DNA from: an uncultured Gammaproteobacteria bacterium
GTDB lineage: Bacteria > Pseudomonadota > Gammaproteobacteria > SURF-13
NCBI GenBank assembly: GCA_947085325.1
Contig: CAMTVY010000006.1
Span: forward strand, 68,889-132,888
Direction: 5' to 3'
Length of the DNA: 64,000 nt
A program made the translations under genes and the position numbers. The stretch's first letter is position 1. Every line of letters starts with the position of its first letter. The notes under the pieces were generated by a model that worked only from the letters and a program-made list of their open reading frames with translations, had not been told where the DNA came from and made no database searches. Shown one piece after another: positions 42,656 through 56,230 of this stretch.

Positions 42656-43719
42656 GGCTCATCCGGTGAGCGGTCGTACAAATAGCTGTTCACATAGCGC
42701 TCATGCGCATAGCGCAGCAACACCATCAATACGGCTGCCACCGGCAACGCGAGCAGCACACCGCTGAAACCAAACAACTGCCCACCCGCCAATATGGCAA
42801 AAATCACGGCAATCGGATGCAGGCCTATGCGATCACCGACCAGACGTGGCGTGAGGAAAAACCCTTCCGCCAACTGGCCAACACCGAATACGATCAGCAC
42901 CGGCACCAGGTGCAGCCAGTCCTGGTACTGCACCACGGTCGCAATCCCTGCCGCCAGCACGCCAGTGATCACACCCAGATAAGGTATAAAGCTGAGCAGG
43001 CCTGCCAGCACACCAATCAGCAAGGCGAGGTCCAGCCCGGCCAGCCACAGCCCGACGGTATAGAACACCGCGAGTGACAGCATCACCAGCAACTGACCGC
43101 GCAGGAATCCACCCAGCACTTTATCGCTCTGCGCGGCCAGACGCATAATGGTCTGCTCCGACTTGCGCGGCAACAGATTACGTACCTGCTCCAGCAGCAG
43201 CGGCCAGTCACGCAACAGATAAAATGTCACCAGCGGAATCAGCAGCAGATTGACCAGAAAGCCAAGCACGGCCATACCTGAGTACGATACCGATTTCAGC
43301 ACACTTGCCGCAATGCCTCCGGCCTCGCGCCACTGCCCGGCCAACGCCTGATACAAGGCATTGGAGTCGAGGCCGGTACTGGTGAGATCAAAGTGCTCAT
43401 ACACCAGCGGCAACAAGGTGCGCTGCACCCAGTCGGCATACACCGGCAGCTTGTTGATCAGCACCGTGATCTGGCGCTCGATAACGGGCACCAGCACGAG
43501 CAGCAGCAGGGTAAACAACAACAGCAGCAACACGAACACCAGCACCGTCGCCAGCGTGCGCGAAAGGCGTCGCGCCTCCAGCCGCCTCACCAGCGGGTCA
43601 AAGATATAGGCAAGTAGCGCGCCGAGCAGAAACGGCGTAAATACAGGCGCCAGCAGATACAACACCACGGCAGTGCCGACGATGGCGGCCAGCACAAACC
43701 AGCGCTGCGAATCAGACAC
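42652..43719 (-). CDS. AI-2E family (PerM-like) transporter
   Basis: ORF 42652-43770. I prefer GTG 43719, which follows GGAGG with a 6-nt spacer and overlaps the upstream stop. Polytopic membrane protein. Confidence 0.78.
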   Translation of the reverse strand: MSDSQRWFVLAAIVGTAVVLYLLAPVFTPFLLGALLAYIFDPLVRRLEARRLSRTLATVLVFVLLLLLFTLLLLVLVPVIERQITVLINKLPVYADWVQRTLLPLVYEHFDLTSTGLDSNALYQALAGQWREAGGIAASVLKSVSYSGMAVLGFLVNLLLIPLVTFYLLRDWPLLLEQVRNLLPRKSEQTIMRLAAQSDKVLGGFLRGQLLVMLSLAVFYTVGLWLAGLDLALLIGVLAGLLSFIPYLGVITGVLAAGIATVVQYQDWLHLVPVLIVFGVGQLAEGFFLTPRLVGDRIGLHPIAVIFAILAGGQLFGFSGVLLALPVAAVLMVLLRYAHERYVNSYLYDRSPDEP

Positions 43720-44278
43720 GGTTGCCCTCCGTGCCTGCTTGCAGGGCGCGGGTGCCCCAGGTCCAGACATAGTTCACCCCGCTCGCAAACGTGGTCACCA
43801 GTACGGTGTAGACCAGCACTTCCACCACGCCGCCGATGCCGGGCAGCAGGCTGTGGTGCAGCATTACAACCAGCACCAGCACGATCTGCATCACGGTGTT
43901 GAGCTTGCTGACACGGCTTGGCAGCAGATCAAAGTGGCGGATGGTATAATGGTATGCAACGGCGCCAAGCACGATGATGAAGTCGCGGGCAACGATGGCG
44001 GCCACCAGCCACAGCGGCAACACCCCGAGCCACGCGAGCACCAGATACGATGACGTCAGCAGCAGTTTGTCCGCCAGTGGATCCAGGATGGAACCCAGGC
44101 GGCTCTTCCAGCCATTGCGTTTGGCGAGGAAGCCGTCCAGCGCATCCGTGATGCCGGCCAGGCCAAAGATCAGCAATGCGTCCAGATAGCGCTGCTGCAA
44201 CAACAGAACAGCCAGCGGTATCACCAGCACCATGCGCAACAGGCTGATCAGGTTGGGGATATCGTTATAACGCAGCAT
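43712..44278 (-). CDS. CDP-alcohol phosphatidyltransferase family protein (PgsA-like)
   Basis: DALDGFLAKRNGWKSRLGSILDPLADK matches D-x2-DG-x2-AR...G-x3-D-x3-D. 188 aa. Confidence 0.82.
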   Translation of the reverse strand: MLRYNDIPNLISLLRMVLVIPLAVLLLQQRYLDALLIFGLAGITDALDGFLAKRNGWKSRLGSILDPLADKLLLTSSYLVLAWLGVLPLWLVAAIVARDFIIVLGAVAYHYTIRHFDLLPSRVSKLNTVMQIVLVLVVMLHHSLLPGIGGVVEVLVYTVLVTTFASGVNYVWTWGTRALQAGTEGNRV

Positions 44279-44392
44279 ATGTAGGGATATTCTAACAGCC
44301 CGCTGCCAGAACGCGAGCCTTCACGTCACTATTATATATTTACAGCTCAGCACTGCTCCCGATACCATACCCTGCACAGGCCCCAGACTCCC

Positions 44393-45454
44393 GTGAAACC
44401 CAAAAATCCCGCTCCCACCGTCACGCCACTCAGCTACCGGGCCGCAGGCGTTGACATAGACGCCGGCAACCGGCTGGTGGAAAAAATAAAACCTGTTGCC
44501 CGGCGCACGCAGCGCCCCGGTGTGCTCACAGGCCTCGGCGGCTTCGGCGCCCTGTTCGAGCTCCCCGCAGGCCGTTACCGGGAACCGGTGCTGGTATCCG
44601 GCACCGATGGCGTGGGCACCAAACTGAAGCTCGCCATCGAAACCGGTACGCACTCTACGATAGGCATCGATCTGGTAGGGATGTGCGTGAACGACATAGT
44701 GGTGCAGGGCGCCGAGCCGCTGTTTTTCCTCGACTACTACGCCACCGGCCAGCTCGATGTGGATACGGCGGCGGATGTCATCACAGGCATCGGCCGTGGC
44801 TGCGAGCTGGCAGGCTGTGCGCTGGTTGGCGGCGAAACCGCAGAAATGCCCGGCCTCTATGCGGCCGGTGATTATGACCTCGCCGGCTTCTGTGTCGGTA
44901 TCGTGGAAAAAAACAAACTCATCGACGGCAGCCGCGTAGTGGCGGGTGACGCCCTGATCGGCATTGCCTCCAGCGGCCCGCACTCCAACGGTTATTCACT
45001 GATCCGCAAAATCATCGAGCTCACGCAGGCCGACCTGCGGCAGGCATTTGATGGCAGCACGCTGATCGAAACACTGCTTGCCCCCACCCGCATCTACGTC
45101 AAGCCGCTACTGGCGCTGATAGAGCAGGTGCCGGTGCACGCACTCGCGCACATCACCGGCGGCGGCCTGCTCGAAAACCTGCCGCGCGTCATGCCTGACG
45201 GTACCCGCGCCCGGGTTGACAGCACTGCCTGGCCGCGCCCCCCGATCTTCGACTGGTTGCAGCAGCAGGGTGCGCTCTCGGATGAAGAAATGTACCGCAC
45301 CTTCAACTGCGGCATCGGCATGATTGTCTGTGTGGCGCCGCAAGACGTCGACTCCAGCCTCCAGTTCCTGCGCCAGCAAGGTGAGGCCGCCTGGCGCATC
45401 GGCCAGATCGAAGCGGGCGCGCCCGGCACCGCCCCACATGTGGTAATACGCTGA
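44393..45454 (+). CDS. purM: phosphoribosylformylglycinamidine cyclo-ligase
   Basis: [13 protein letters not shown] motif, 353 aa, GTG start. Confidence 0.93.
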   Translation: MKPKNPAPTVTPLSYRAAGVDIDAGNRLVEKIKPVARRTQRPGVLTGLGGFGALFELPAGRYREPVLVSGTDGVGTKLKLAIETGTHSTIGIDLVGMCVNDIVVQGAEPLFFLDYYATGQLDVDTAADVITGIGRGCELAGCALVGGETAEMPGLYAAGDYDLAGFCVGIVEKNKLIDGSRVVAGDALIGIASSGPHSNGYSLIRKIIELTQADLRQAFDGSTLIETLLAPTRIYVKPLLALIEQVPVHALAHITGGGLLENLPRVMPDGTRARVDSTAWPRPPIFDWLQQQGALSDEEMYRTFNCGIGMIVCVAPQDVDSSLQFLRQQGEAAWRIGQIEAGAPGTAPHVVIR

Positions 45455-45470
45455 GACTACCCCTGCGTCG

Positions 45471-46145
45471 GTGAGCATCCCGGATACATTGCCGATCGTC
45501 ATTCTGGTTTCCGGTCGCGGCAGCAACCTGCAAGCCATTCTGCAGGCCGTCGCCGCACCCGCATTGCCGATCGAGATACGTGCCGTGATCAGCAACCGGC
45601 CTGATGCACCGGCGCTGGCGCTGGCACAGGCGGCAGGCGTGCCGACACAGACGCTCGACCACACTGCCTACCCGGATCGCCAGCGCTTTGATGCGGCGCT
45701 GCAAACCGCGATCGACCGCCATGCCCCGGCTTTGGTCGTGCTGGCCGGCTTCATGCGCATCCTGAGCCCGGGTTTCGTCAACCACTACCGTGGCCGCATA
45801 CTGAATATCCACCCCTCGCTGCTGCCCGCCTATCCCGGCCTTGATACCCATCGGCGGGCACTGAAGGACGGCGTGCACGAACACGGCGCCAGCGTGCATT
45901 TTGTGACCCCTGCGGTGGATGGCGGACCGGTCGTACTGCAAGCGCGCGTGCCCGTGCTGCCTGATGACACTGCCGCCACGCTGGCTGCGCGCGTTCTCGA
46001 ACAGGAGCACCGTATCTACCCGCAGGCGTTACGCTGGTTCGCCGAAGGCCGGCTGCGCCTTGCGGGAGAGCCGCCGCATGAGTACGCCTTGCTCGACGGC
46101 AAACCGACCACACTTGAACCTGTTGCCCGGATACACGGTCTATAA
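45471..46145 (+). CDS. purN: phosphoribosylglycinamide formyltransferase
   Basis: ILVSGRGSNLQAI motif, 224 aa, follows purM. Confidence 0.92.
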   Translation: MSIPDTLPIVILVSGRGSNLQAILQAVAAPALPIEIRAVISNRPDAPALALAQAAGVPTQTLDHTAYPDRQRFDAALQTAIDRHAPALVVLAGFMRILSPGFVNHYRGRILNIHPSLLPAYPGLDTHRRALKDGVHEHGASVHFVTPAVDGGPVVLQARVPVLPDDTAATLAARVLEQEHRIYPQALRWFAEGRLRLAGEPPHEYALLDGKPTTLEPVARIHGL

Positions 46146-46149
46146 CGAC

Positions 46150-46884
46150 ATGCGCAACCTCATTGCCCTGCTGTTACTGTGTGCCGCGTGGCCCGCCGCC
46201 GCCACACCGCCGCCCGCGTCTTTCAGCGCCAGCTACACGGTGCACAAAGGCAACATCCTGCTGGGCGAGATGCGCCGCACGCTCAGCCGCCCGGCTGACG
46301 CACGCTATCTGTTCAGAACCGAAACCTACGGCACCGGGCTGGCCGCGTTGTTCGTCAAGGATCGTATCGTGGAAAGCAGCGAGTGGGAATACCACGGCGG
46401 GCTGATGCGCCCGCTGCATTACAGTTACCGGAAGAGCGGCGGCAAACGTGAGCGGCAACTCGAACAACGCTTTGACTGGGGGCACAAGGTGGTCAACAGC
46501 ACAGGCAGCACACAGGCCTCAAGTACGCTGCCTATTGTCGCGGGCACCCTCGACAAGCTGGCCTACCAGATTGCACTGATGGGTGATTTGAAACAGGGTA
46601 AAACCGAGCTTGCCTACACCCTGCTCGACGACGACGAGACCAAGACCTACCGCTTTCAGGTGACGGGCGAGGAAACCCTGAGCACACCGCTGGGCGCTCT
46701 CAAAACGTTGCGAGTCGAACGCATCATGGAAGCAGGCAGCAAGCGCCATACCACTTTCTGGTGCGCGCCCGATTTAAACTATCTGCTGGTACGGCTCGAC
46801 CAGCGCGAAAATGACAGCGATGAATTCAGCGCCCTGATCCAGTCGGTAGAGGGCCTGCCTGTGCCTGTCGCCGCCATACCTTAG
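46150..46884 (+). CDS. DUF3108-like secreted protein
   Basis: ORF 45919-46884. The likely start is ATG 46150 (MRNLIALLLLCAAWPAAA signal peptide). The position after purN and the beta-rich sequence resemble DUF3108 proteins. Confidence 0.6.
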   Translation: MRNLIALLLLCAAWPAAATPPPASFSASYTVHKGNILLGEMRRTLSRPADARYLFRTETYGTGLAALFVKDRIVESSEWEYHGGLMRPLHYSYRKSGGKRERQLEQRFDWGHKVVNSTGSTQASSTLPIVAGTLDKLAYQIALMGDLKQGKTELAYTLLDDDETKTYRFQVTGEETLSTPLGALKTLRVERIMEAGSKRHTTFWCAPDLNYLLVRLDQRENDSDEFSALIQSVEGLPVPVAAIP

Positions 46885-46914
46885 CCGCCAGAGAACCACC
46901 CTTCAGCCGATGGG

Positions 46915-49400
<2,486 letters not shown>

Positions 49401-49423
49401 GGGCGCGATGAGGCCGGGTTTAA

Positions 49424-49609
49424 CTAACGCACAAAGTATAACAGAGCAAGCCCCACCAGCATGCTGATGAAGCCAACGGTACGCAATGTGCGATCATCCA
49501 TCTGCGCGATCTGGCTGAGGGACTTTCGCAGCCACGCGGGGCTGAGAAATGGCAGCATGCCTTCTATGATGAGCAGCAGTGCGAGCGCGCCTGCCAGGCT
49601 ATCCCACAT
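49424..49609 (-). CDS. DUF2065 (YjeT-like) small membrane protein
   Basis: 61 aa with two hydrophobic segments. Conserved position after hflC. Confidence 0.75.
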   Translation of the reverse strand: MWDSLAGALALLLIIEGMLPFLSPAWLRKSLSQIAQMDDRTLRTVGFISMLVGLALLYFVR

Positions 49610-49638
49610 GGCATGCCCACAACTCGGCGTGCCGCCCG

Positions 49639-50517
49639 CTACTTGCCGCCATCGGGGCGCGGGTTTTTGAAGTACTTGAAAAACTCTGCGCCGGGATCAA
49701 GCACCAAAATGTCATTTTTGTCCTTGAAGGTATTTTTATAGGCATTCAGGCTGCGGTAGAGCGAATAGAACTCTGCATCACTGCCAAAGGCCTTGGCATA
49801 GATGGCCGCCGCCTGCGCATCCCCTTCACCGCGCACCTGCTCGGCCTTGCTGTAGGCCTCGGCGAGAATGACCGTACGCTGGCGATCTGCATCCGCCCGG
49901 ATACGCTCTGCCGCCTCAGCACCGCGTGCGCGTAAATCCTTCGCCACGCGCTCACGTTCGGCCTGCATGCGCTGGAATACCGACAGACTCACTTCCTTGG
50001 GCAGATCCACACGACGCAGCCGTACGTCCACCACCTCAATACCAAACTGGTGCGCCTGCTGATTGGCCCCTGTGGTCAGCACCGCCATGATGTTGGCACG
50101 GTCGCCTGAAATGACTTCCTGTATGGTGCGCTTGCCGAATTCGCCGCGCAGGCCGTCCTTGACGATCTGATAGAGCCGCTGGCTCGCACGCGCTTCGTCA
50201 CCGTCCATGCTGCGATAGTAGTCCGCAACATTCTTGATGCGCCATTTAACGAAAGAATCGACAATGACATTCTTCTTTTCTGCGGTAAGGTAGCGCTCAG
50301 GCTCGGCTTCAGCGGTATGAATGCGGGCATCGAACTTGCGCACATTATTGATCACCGGCAGCTTTAAATATAGCCCGGGCGCAAAGTCGGAGCGCACAAT
50401 TTCGCCCAGCCGGAACAGGATGGCGCGTTCACGCTCGCTCACCGTAAACACGGAAAAATAAATCGCCGCCAGCAGCACCACGGCGACCCCCGGCAAAAAC
50501 GTCTTCAGCCTTTCCAT
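49639..50517 (-). CDS. hflC: protease modulator HflC
   Basis: SPFH/band-7 domain with an N-terminal TM segment. 292 aa. Confidence 0.92.
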   Translation of the reverse strand: MERLKTFLPGVAVVLLAAIYFSVFTVSERERAILFRLGEIVRSDFAPGLYLKLPVINNVRKFDARIHTAEAEPERYLTAEKKNVIVDSFVKWRIKNVADYYRSMDGDEARASQRLYQIVKDGLRGEFGKRTIQEVISGDRANIMAVLTTGANQQAHQFGIEVVDVRLRRVDLPKEVSLSVFQRMQAERERVAKDLRARGAEAAERIRADADRQRTVILAEAYSKAEQVRGEGDAQAAAIYAKAFGSDAEFYSLYRSLNAYKNTFKDKNDILVLDPGAEFFKYFKNPRPDGGK

Positions 50518-51722
50518 TAGCGCTCTCCCCTGTCGCGGCTGCGATCACGCGTATCATCGCGCTGCGTGCCGCCGTCTTGATTTACCCGCGGGGCCACAGT
50601 GGTTGCGGGGGGCAACATGCGCTCCAGCGCCTGTTCGGCGGGCAGGGATCTCTCGCCATTCATGCGGTCGAGCGGCAGGTACAGCAGGTTACTGCTGCCT
50701 TTGACATCGACCATGACCTTGCCTGTACTCGCCAGCACCTGCTCCATCGCATCCAGGTACAAGCGCTCACGCGTTACGGCAGGGGCCTTGCGATACTCAG
50801 CCAACACCTGGGTGAAGCGGCTACCCTCACCAAACGCCTGCTCCACGACACGCGACTTGTAGGCAGAGCTCTCCTCAATCTGGCGCTGGGCCGCGCCACG
50901 CGCACGCGGGATGATGTCATTGGCGTAGGTTTCTGCCTCGTTGCGCAGACGCTGCTCATCTTCACGCGACTTGATCACGTCTTCGAATGCCGCTTGCACT
51001 TCCTCCGGGGGTTGCGCGTCTTGCAGGTTGACGCTGGTTACTTCTAGACCGCTGCCGTAGCGGTCTAGAACCGTCTGCAGGACATCTTCTGTACGCGTCA
51101 TGACTTCAGCGCGGCCTTCGGTGAGCACGAAGTCCAGGCTGCTCTTGCCAATGGTTTCGCGCACTGCGCTCTCGGTAGCCTGGGCCAGCGTGGCATCCGG
51201 ATCAATGACGTTGAACAGGTACTCGCGCGCATCCTTGACGCGGTATTGCACTGCCAGCTTGATATCGACGATATTCTCGTCCTTGGTGAGCATCAACGAC
51301 TCGGCCGGTACGCGCGGCGCAGAGGCGCTGCCACGTGCAGAGCCAGCCGAACGGAAACCGATTTCAACATTGCGGATCTGCGCGACATTGACGACCTCGA
51401 CGGTTTCAATCGGATAGGGGATATGCCAGTGCGGGCCCGGCAGGGTGGTTTCCGTGTATTTGCCGAAGCTCAATTCCACACCGCGCTCAGCCGGATCGAC
51501 GATGTAAATCCCGGAGGCCAGCCACACTGCGAATATGATGCCGATGATCAGGGGTATCGGCGAGCGCATGCCAGCACCGCCGCCGCGCTTGCCGCCGAAA
51601 CCGCCCAGAGACTGCTTCAGCTTGCGGAAAATATCGTCCAGATCGGGCGGCCTAGACGCGTCCTTGCGCGATCCTGCTCCCCACGGATTATTGTCGCCAC
51701 CACCGGGCTCATTCCAGGCCAT
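50517..51722 (-). CDS. hflK: protease modulator HflK
   Basis: MAWNEPGGGDNNPWG N-terminus and SPFH domain. 401 aa. Confidence 0.92.
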   Translation of the reverse strand: MAWNEPGGGDNNPWGAGSRKDASRPPDLDDIFRKLKQSLGGFGGKRGGGAGMRSPIPLIIGIIFAVWLASGIYIVDPAERGVELSFGKYTETTLPGPHWHIPYPIETVEVVNVAQIRNVEIGFRSAGSARGSASAPRVPAESLMLTKDENIVDIKLAVQYRVKDAREYLFNVIDPDATLAQATESAVRETIGKSSLDFVLTEGRAEVMTRTEDVLQTVLDRYGSGLEVTSVNLQDAQPPEEVQAAFEDVIKSREDEQRLRNEAETYANDIIPRARGAAQRQIEESSAYKSRVVEQAFGEGSRFTQVLAEYRKAPAVTRERLYLDAMEQVLASTGKVMVDVKGSSNLLYLPLDRMNGERSLPAEQALERMLPPATTVAPRVNQDGGTQRDDTRDRSRDRGER

Positions 51723-51746
51723 TACACACTACTCCGCTGTTGATAG

Positions 51747-52931
51747 TTAATTTTCACCGACACAGCTTTCGGTCTGAGTATCATTATGCGCATTATAGCG
51801 CTGTTCTGCGCCTGCATACAGCGACTGTCTCTGCGCAGCGTAGCCGGTCACGGCCTCACGCAGCAAATCCAGCCCTGCGCCGCTCACTGCGGACACCCAC
51901 ACCCGCCTCACATTGCCCTGTTCGTCACGCTCCATGCGCGGGGCTGACTCCGGCAACAGGTCGATCTTGTTGTACACCTCGATCTGTGGCACTGCCTCGG
52001 CACCGATCTCCTTCAGCACTGCATTGACCTGTTCGATGGCGGCATGACGATTGTCATCATGCGCGTCGATCACATGCAGCAACAGGTCTGCCTCCTGGGT
52101 CTCTTGCAGGGTAGAGCGGAATGCCGCCACCAGATCGTGCGGCAGGTGCCGGATAAAGCCGACCGTATCGGCCAGAATCGCATGGCTGTTGTGGGCAAGA
52201 TACATGCGGCGCAGTGTCGGGTCGAGCGTCGCGAACAGCTGATTTGCGGCATAGACACCAGAGCGCGTCAGCCGGTTGAACAGCGTGGATTTCCCGGTAT
52301 TGGTGTAGCCCACCAGCGAAACCGTAGGCGCCGCCGACTTGCGCCGCGACTTGCGGCTCTGGCCACGCTGCATGGCCACCTTCTCCAGCTGTTTGTGCAA
52401 ATGCCTGATGCGCACCCGGATCAGGCGGCGATCGGTTTCGAGCTGGGTTTCGCCCGGGCCACGCAGGCCGATACCGCCCTTCTGGCGTTCAAGGTGAGTC
52501 CAGCCTCGCACCAGGCGCGTGGCGATGTGCTGTAACTGGGCAAGCTCGACTTGCAGCTTGCCCTCATGGCTGCTCGCGCGCTGCGCGAAAATGTCGAGGA
52601 TCAGACCGGTGCGATCCAGCACTCGGCATTGCAGCAGCTTTTCCAGGTTGCGCTCCTGCGCCGGTGACAGGGGATGATTGAACAGCACCACTTCAGCCTG
52701 CTCACGCTCCACGCAGGCGCGCAACTCCTCGGCCTTGCCGCTACCGATGAAGTATTTTGGATTTGGCTGCTGGCGCGAGCCTGTGATTACCGCAACTGGC
52801 CGGGTACGCGCAGAAACTGCCAGCTCACGCAACTCCGCGAGATCCTCGCGCTGCTCCGCAGCGCGAAAATCGATGTGTACCAGTACGGCGCGCTCGAACC
52901 CGCCATGCCGCTGATGGGGGCGGTCAAACAA
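51747..52931 (-). CDS. hflX: GTPase HflX
   Basis: [14 protein letters not shown]1 motif and HflX N-domain. 394 aa. Confidence 0.92.
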   Translation of the reverse strand: MFDRPHQRHGGFERAVLVHIDFRAAEQREDLAELRELAVSARTRPVAVITGSRQQPNPKYFIGSGKAEELRACVEREQAEVVLFNHPLSPAQERNLEKLLQCRVLDRTGLILDIFAQRASSHEGKLQVELAQLQHIATRLVRGWTHLERQKGGIGLRGPGETQLETDRRLIRVRIRHLHKQLEKVAMQRGQSRKSRRKSAAPTVSLVGYTNTGKSTLFNRLTRSGVYAANQLFATLDPTLRRMYLAHNSHAILADTVGFIRHLPHDLVAAFRSTLQETQEADLLLHVIDAHDDNRHAAIEQVNAVLKEIGAEAVPQIEVYNKIDLLPESAPRMERDEQGNVRRVWVSAVSGAGLDLLREAVTGYAAQRQSLYAGAEQRYNAHNDTQTESCVGEN

Positions 52932-52951
52932 TCATCTGCCCCCGTACGCGC

Positions 52952-53203
52952 TCAAGCATTACCCGCATCAGGTTCCGCATCTTCCTCGACGGGAAGCTTG
53001 ACGTTGCGTGATGGCACCACGGTGGAAATGGCATGCTTGTATACCATCTGGCTCACGGTATTTTTCAGCAGCACCACGAATTGGTCGAACGACTCGATCT
53101 GGCCCTGCAGCTTGATTCCGTTGGTCAGATAAATCGAAACCGGCACACCTTCCTTGCGTAATGCATTCAGGAAGGGATCCTGCAATGTTTTCCCTTTGGT
53201 CAT
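52952..53203 (-). CDS. hfq: RNA chaperone Hfq
   Basis: [40 protein letters not shown], 83 aa. Confidence 0.97.
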   Translation of the reverse strand: MTKGKTLQDPFLNALRKEGVPVSIYLTNGIKLQGQIESFDQFVVLLKNTVSQMVYKHAISTVVPSRNVKLPVEEDAEPDAGNA

Positions 53204-53311
53204 GTTTGCTTTCCCTTATAGTTATTGGGGCCATCAGAATCGAGGCGTTAAGGGGCAACTTTCCTAATAGGCACCTTCCGGCCAAGCAAAGGTTTGACAC
53301 GTATCCGAGTA

Positions 53312-54262
53312 CTAAGTTGTGGCTGTGCTGCAATATTTCAACACATTCGCCAAAAGATCGCCGGCCTCACTGTCGAACCAGCGTGCCTCAGGCTCGGCGC
53401 GCAGCCAGGTCAGTTGGCGCTTGGCGAGCTGCCGAGTGGCTATGATAGCCCGACTCTCCATCTCGTCGCAATGAATCTCCCCTGCCAGAAGGCCCCAAAC
53501 CTGGCGGTAACCTACAGCCCGCAGTGATGCCAGCCCTGGATGCAAATCGCCCCGCTGGTACAGCCTCCGCACCTCCTCCACCAGCCCTTGCTCCAGCATC
53601 TGCTTGAATCGCCGGGCAATACGTCCATGCAACAGTGTACGATCGGAGGGCGCAATCACCAGCTTGAGCACGCGGTAGGGCAGGCGCTCAGACGCCGGGG
53701 CGGACTGGAGTGTAGTTAGCGGCACACCACTCAATTCATACACCTCCAGCGCACGCTGTATGCGTTGCGGATCGTTGGGATGAATGCGGCCCGCCGCCAC
53801 CGGGTCGGCGACGGCAAGGCGTGCGTGCAATGCCGCCCAGCCCTGTTGCCCGGCCTCCGCGCTGAGGCGCGCGCGCAGCACCGGGTCGGCGCCCGGCAGC
53901 GCCGAAAGACCACGCTCCAGCGCCCGGAAATACAGGCCCGTACCGCCCACCAGCAGCGGAATGCGCCCGGCGCGCGTGATGTCAGCCATCACCCGCAAGG
54001 CATCGGCACGGAACTGGGCAGCGGAATACGGCGTGGACGGATCACGGATATCGATCAGGTGGTGCGGTGTCCTGGCGCACAGTGCAGGTTCGGGCTTCGC
54101 CGTGCCGATGTCCATACCGCGGTACACCATGGCCGAGTCCACACTGACAATCTCGCATGGCAGGTGCGCGGCCAGCGCCAGCGCCAGATCACTCTTGCCG
54201 GATGCGGTAGGCCCCATGAGAAAAATGGCGGGTGGCAACATAACATGTAGGTGCGAATTCAT
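53312..54262 (-). CDS. miaA: tRNA dimethylallyltransferase
   Basis: [14 protein letters not shown]-loop. The start is uncertain among TTG 54268, ATG 54262 and ATG 54241. Confidence 0.9.
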   Translation of the reverse strand: MNSHLHVMLPPAIFLMGPTASGKSDLALALAAHLPCEIVSVDSAMVYRGMDIGTAKPEPALCARTPHHLIDIRDPSTPYSAAQFRADALRVMADITRAGRIPLLVGGTGLYFRALERGLSALPGADPVLRARLSAEAGQQGWAALHARLAVADPVAAGRIHPNDPQRIQRALEVYELSGVPLTTLQSAPASERLPYRVLKLVIAPSDRTLLHGRIARRFKQMLEQGLVEEVRRLYQRGDLHPGLASLRAVGYRQVWGLLAGEIHCDEMESRAIIATRQLAKRQLTWLRAEPEARWFDSEAGDLLANVLKYCSTATT

Positions 54263-54291
54263 TCGCAAATAGACAGCCGAATTTGTCGGCC

Positions 54292-56103
54292 CTACCGCCC
54301 CCTCATAAACAGCTTGTCCAACTCACCCATACTCAACTGCACCCAGGTCGGGCGGCCGTGATTGCATTGCCCGCTGCGCTCGGTACGCTCCATATCGCGC
54401 AGCAGCGCATTCATCTCGGCCTGCGTGAGTTTGCGGTTGGCGCGCACGGCAGCGTGACAGGCGAGTGTTGACAATATCCGGTCGGTTTCATTGTCGATAC
54501 GCATGCTGACGCCGTGCTCCAGCACATCCGATAACACATCGCGCACCAAGGCAGCGCTGTCGGCATCGCATAACAGTGCCGGCACCTGCCGGATGACCAC
54601 CATCTCCAGCCCTGCGCGATCCAGCTCAAACCCCAGCGCGCTGAACCACGCTGCGTGTTCCTCTACCAGCGCTGCCTCACGCTCGCTGGTCGCCAGCGTG
54701 ACCGGCACCAGCAGTGGTTGCGCGCGCACGCCCTCGCCCGCCAGCGCCGACTTCATGCGTTCATAGGTGATGCGCTCATGGGCGGCGTGCATATCTACCA
54801 GCACCAGCCCGTGCGCGTTTTCCGCCAGGATATAAATACCTTGTAATTGCGCCAGCGCATAACCCAGCGGCGGGGCTGCACCGGGTGGGGCTTCCGTGAC
54901 CGGCGCGGCGTCGCGCACCGGTGCAGCATGCAGGGACTGATACACGTCCATCTGCTCCTGCACCTTGAGCGGCATCACATGCTGCACGCGGTGGGCAGCG
55001 TGCGGTGTTGCCGCAAACGCCGGTGCAGGCGCTGTTGCCATCTGTATTGTTGCGCCAGCCGTTGTTTGCGGTTGCGCCAGAATTTCGCGCAAGGTGTGCA
55101 ATACAAAATCGTGAATCAGGCGCGCTTCGCGGAAGCGTACCTCATGTTTGGCCGGATGCGCGTTCACATCCACTTGCTCGGGTGCCAGCGTGAGATACAG
55201 CACAAAGGCAGGATGACGTCCGTGGTACAGCACGTCCTGATAGGCCTGGCGCACGGCGTGACTCACCTGCTTGTCGCGCACCATGCGTCCGTTCACATAC
55301 AGCCATTGCAAATCGGGTTGGCTGCGTGAAAATGCCGGACGCCCGATCCAGCCCTGCAACGCCAACCCGGTGGCCACCCCCTCCACCCGCATTGACTGCT
55401 CGATAAACGGCTCGCCACACAAGGCTGCTACGCGCCGCGCCTGATCTTCGGGTGTATGTGCCGGCCGCAGCGTGTAGAGCATGCGTTCGTTATGGCGCAA
55501 CGTAATGCCGGCCTCGAAGCGCGCCAGCGCAATGCGCTTGACCACGTCTTCCAGATGGGTGAATTCCGTGCGTTCTGCGCGCAGGAACTTGCGCCGCGCC
55601 GGTGTATTGAAAAACAGGTCGCGCACCTCGACCGTGGTACCGCACGGGTGCGCCGCCGGTTGCGGCTCGCACGCCAGCTCGCGGCCATCCCCCTCCATCC
55701 GCCAGCCGCGATCATCCTGTGCGGTGCGCGATGTGAGCACGAGGCGCGACACGGCGCTGATGCTCGGCAAGGCCTCGCCGCGAAAGCCCAGGCTTTGAAC
55801 GCGCTCCAGATCTTCCAATGCGCGGATCTTGCTGGTGGCATGCCGCATGAGTGCCAGCGCGAGATCGTCCTTGTGGATGCCGCAGCCATCGTCGCGCACG
55901 CGTATCAGCCGCGCACCACCCTGCTCCACTTCGATGGCAATCTCGCGCGCGCCGGCATCGAGGCTGTTCTCCAACAGTTCCTTCACCACTGAGGCCGGAC
56001 GCTCGACCACCTCGCCCGCCGCAATCTGGTTGATCAGGCGCGAGGCAAGTGGCTGTATGCGGGGCGGCCCATCCGAGTGCGTTGCGTCAGGTGTCGGTTT
56101 CAC
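54292..56103 (-). CDS. mutL: DNA mismatch repair protein MutL
   Basis: [29 protein letters not shown] ATPase motif. 603 aa. Confidence 0.94.
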   Translation of the reverse strand: MKPTPDATHSDGPPRIQPLASRLINQIAAGEVVERPASVVKELLENSLDAGAREIAIEVEQGGARLIRVRDDGCGIHKDDLALALMRHATSKIRALEDLERVQSLGFRGEALPSISAVSRLVLTSRTAQDDRGWRMEGDGRELACEPQPAAHPCGTTVEVRDLFFNTPARRKFLRAERTEFTHLEDVVKRIALARFEAGITLRHNERMLYTLRPAHTPEDQARRVAALCGEPFIEQSMRVEGVATGLALQGWIGRPAFSRSQPDLQWLYVNGRMVRDKQVSHAVRQAYQDVLYHGRHPAFVLYLTLAPEQVDVNAHPAKHEVRFREARLIHDFVLHTLREILAQPQTTAGATIQMATAPAPAFAATPHAAHRVQHVMPLKVQEQMDVYQSLHAAPVRDAAPVTEAPPGAAPPLGYALAQLQGIYILAENAHGLVLVDMHAAHERITYERMKSALAGEGVRAQPLLVPVTLATSEREAALVEEHAAWFSALGFELDRAGLEMVVIRQVPALLCDADSAALVRDVLSDVLEHGVSMRIDNETDRILSTLACHAAVRANRKLTQAEMNALLRDMERTERSGQCNHGRPTWVQLSMGELDKLFMRGR

Positions 56104-56230
56104 GGGATATCGGTCTCTCGGCGAGGCTACATACTAACGCGGAGACCAGGTCTGCCGAAAGGCTGTTTTCAGAAGGCGTCCCTGTGGGTTGCTTGCGAAC
56201 CCGGCGCATCTTTTTTACGCGGGGCAGGCT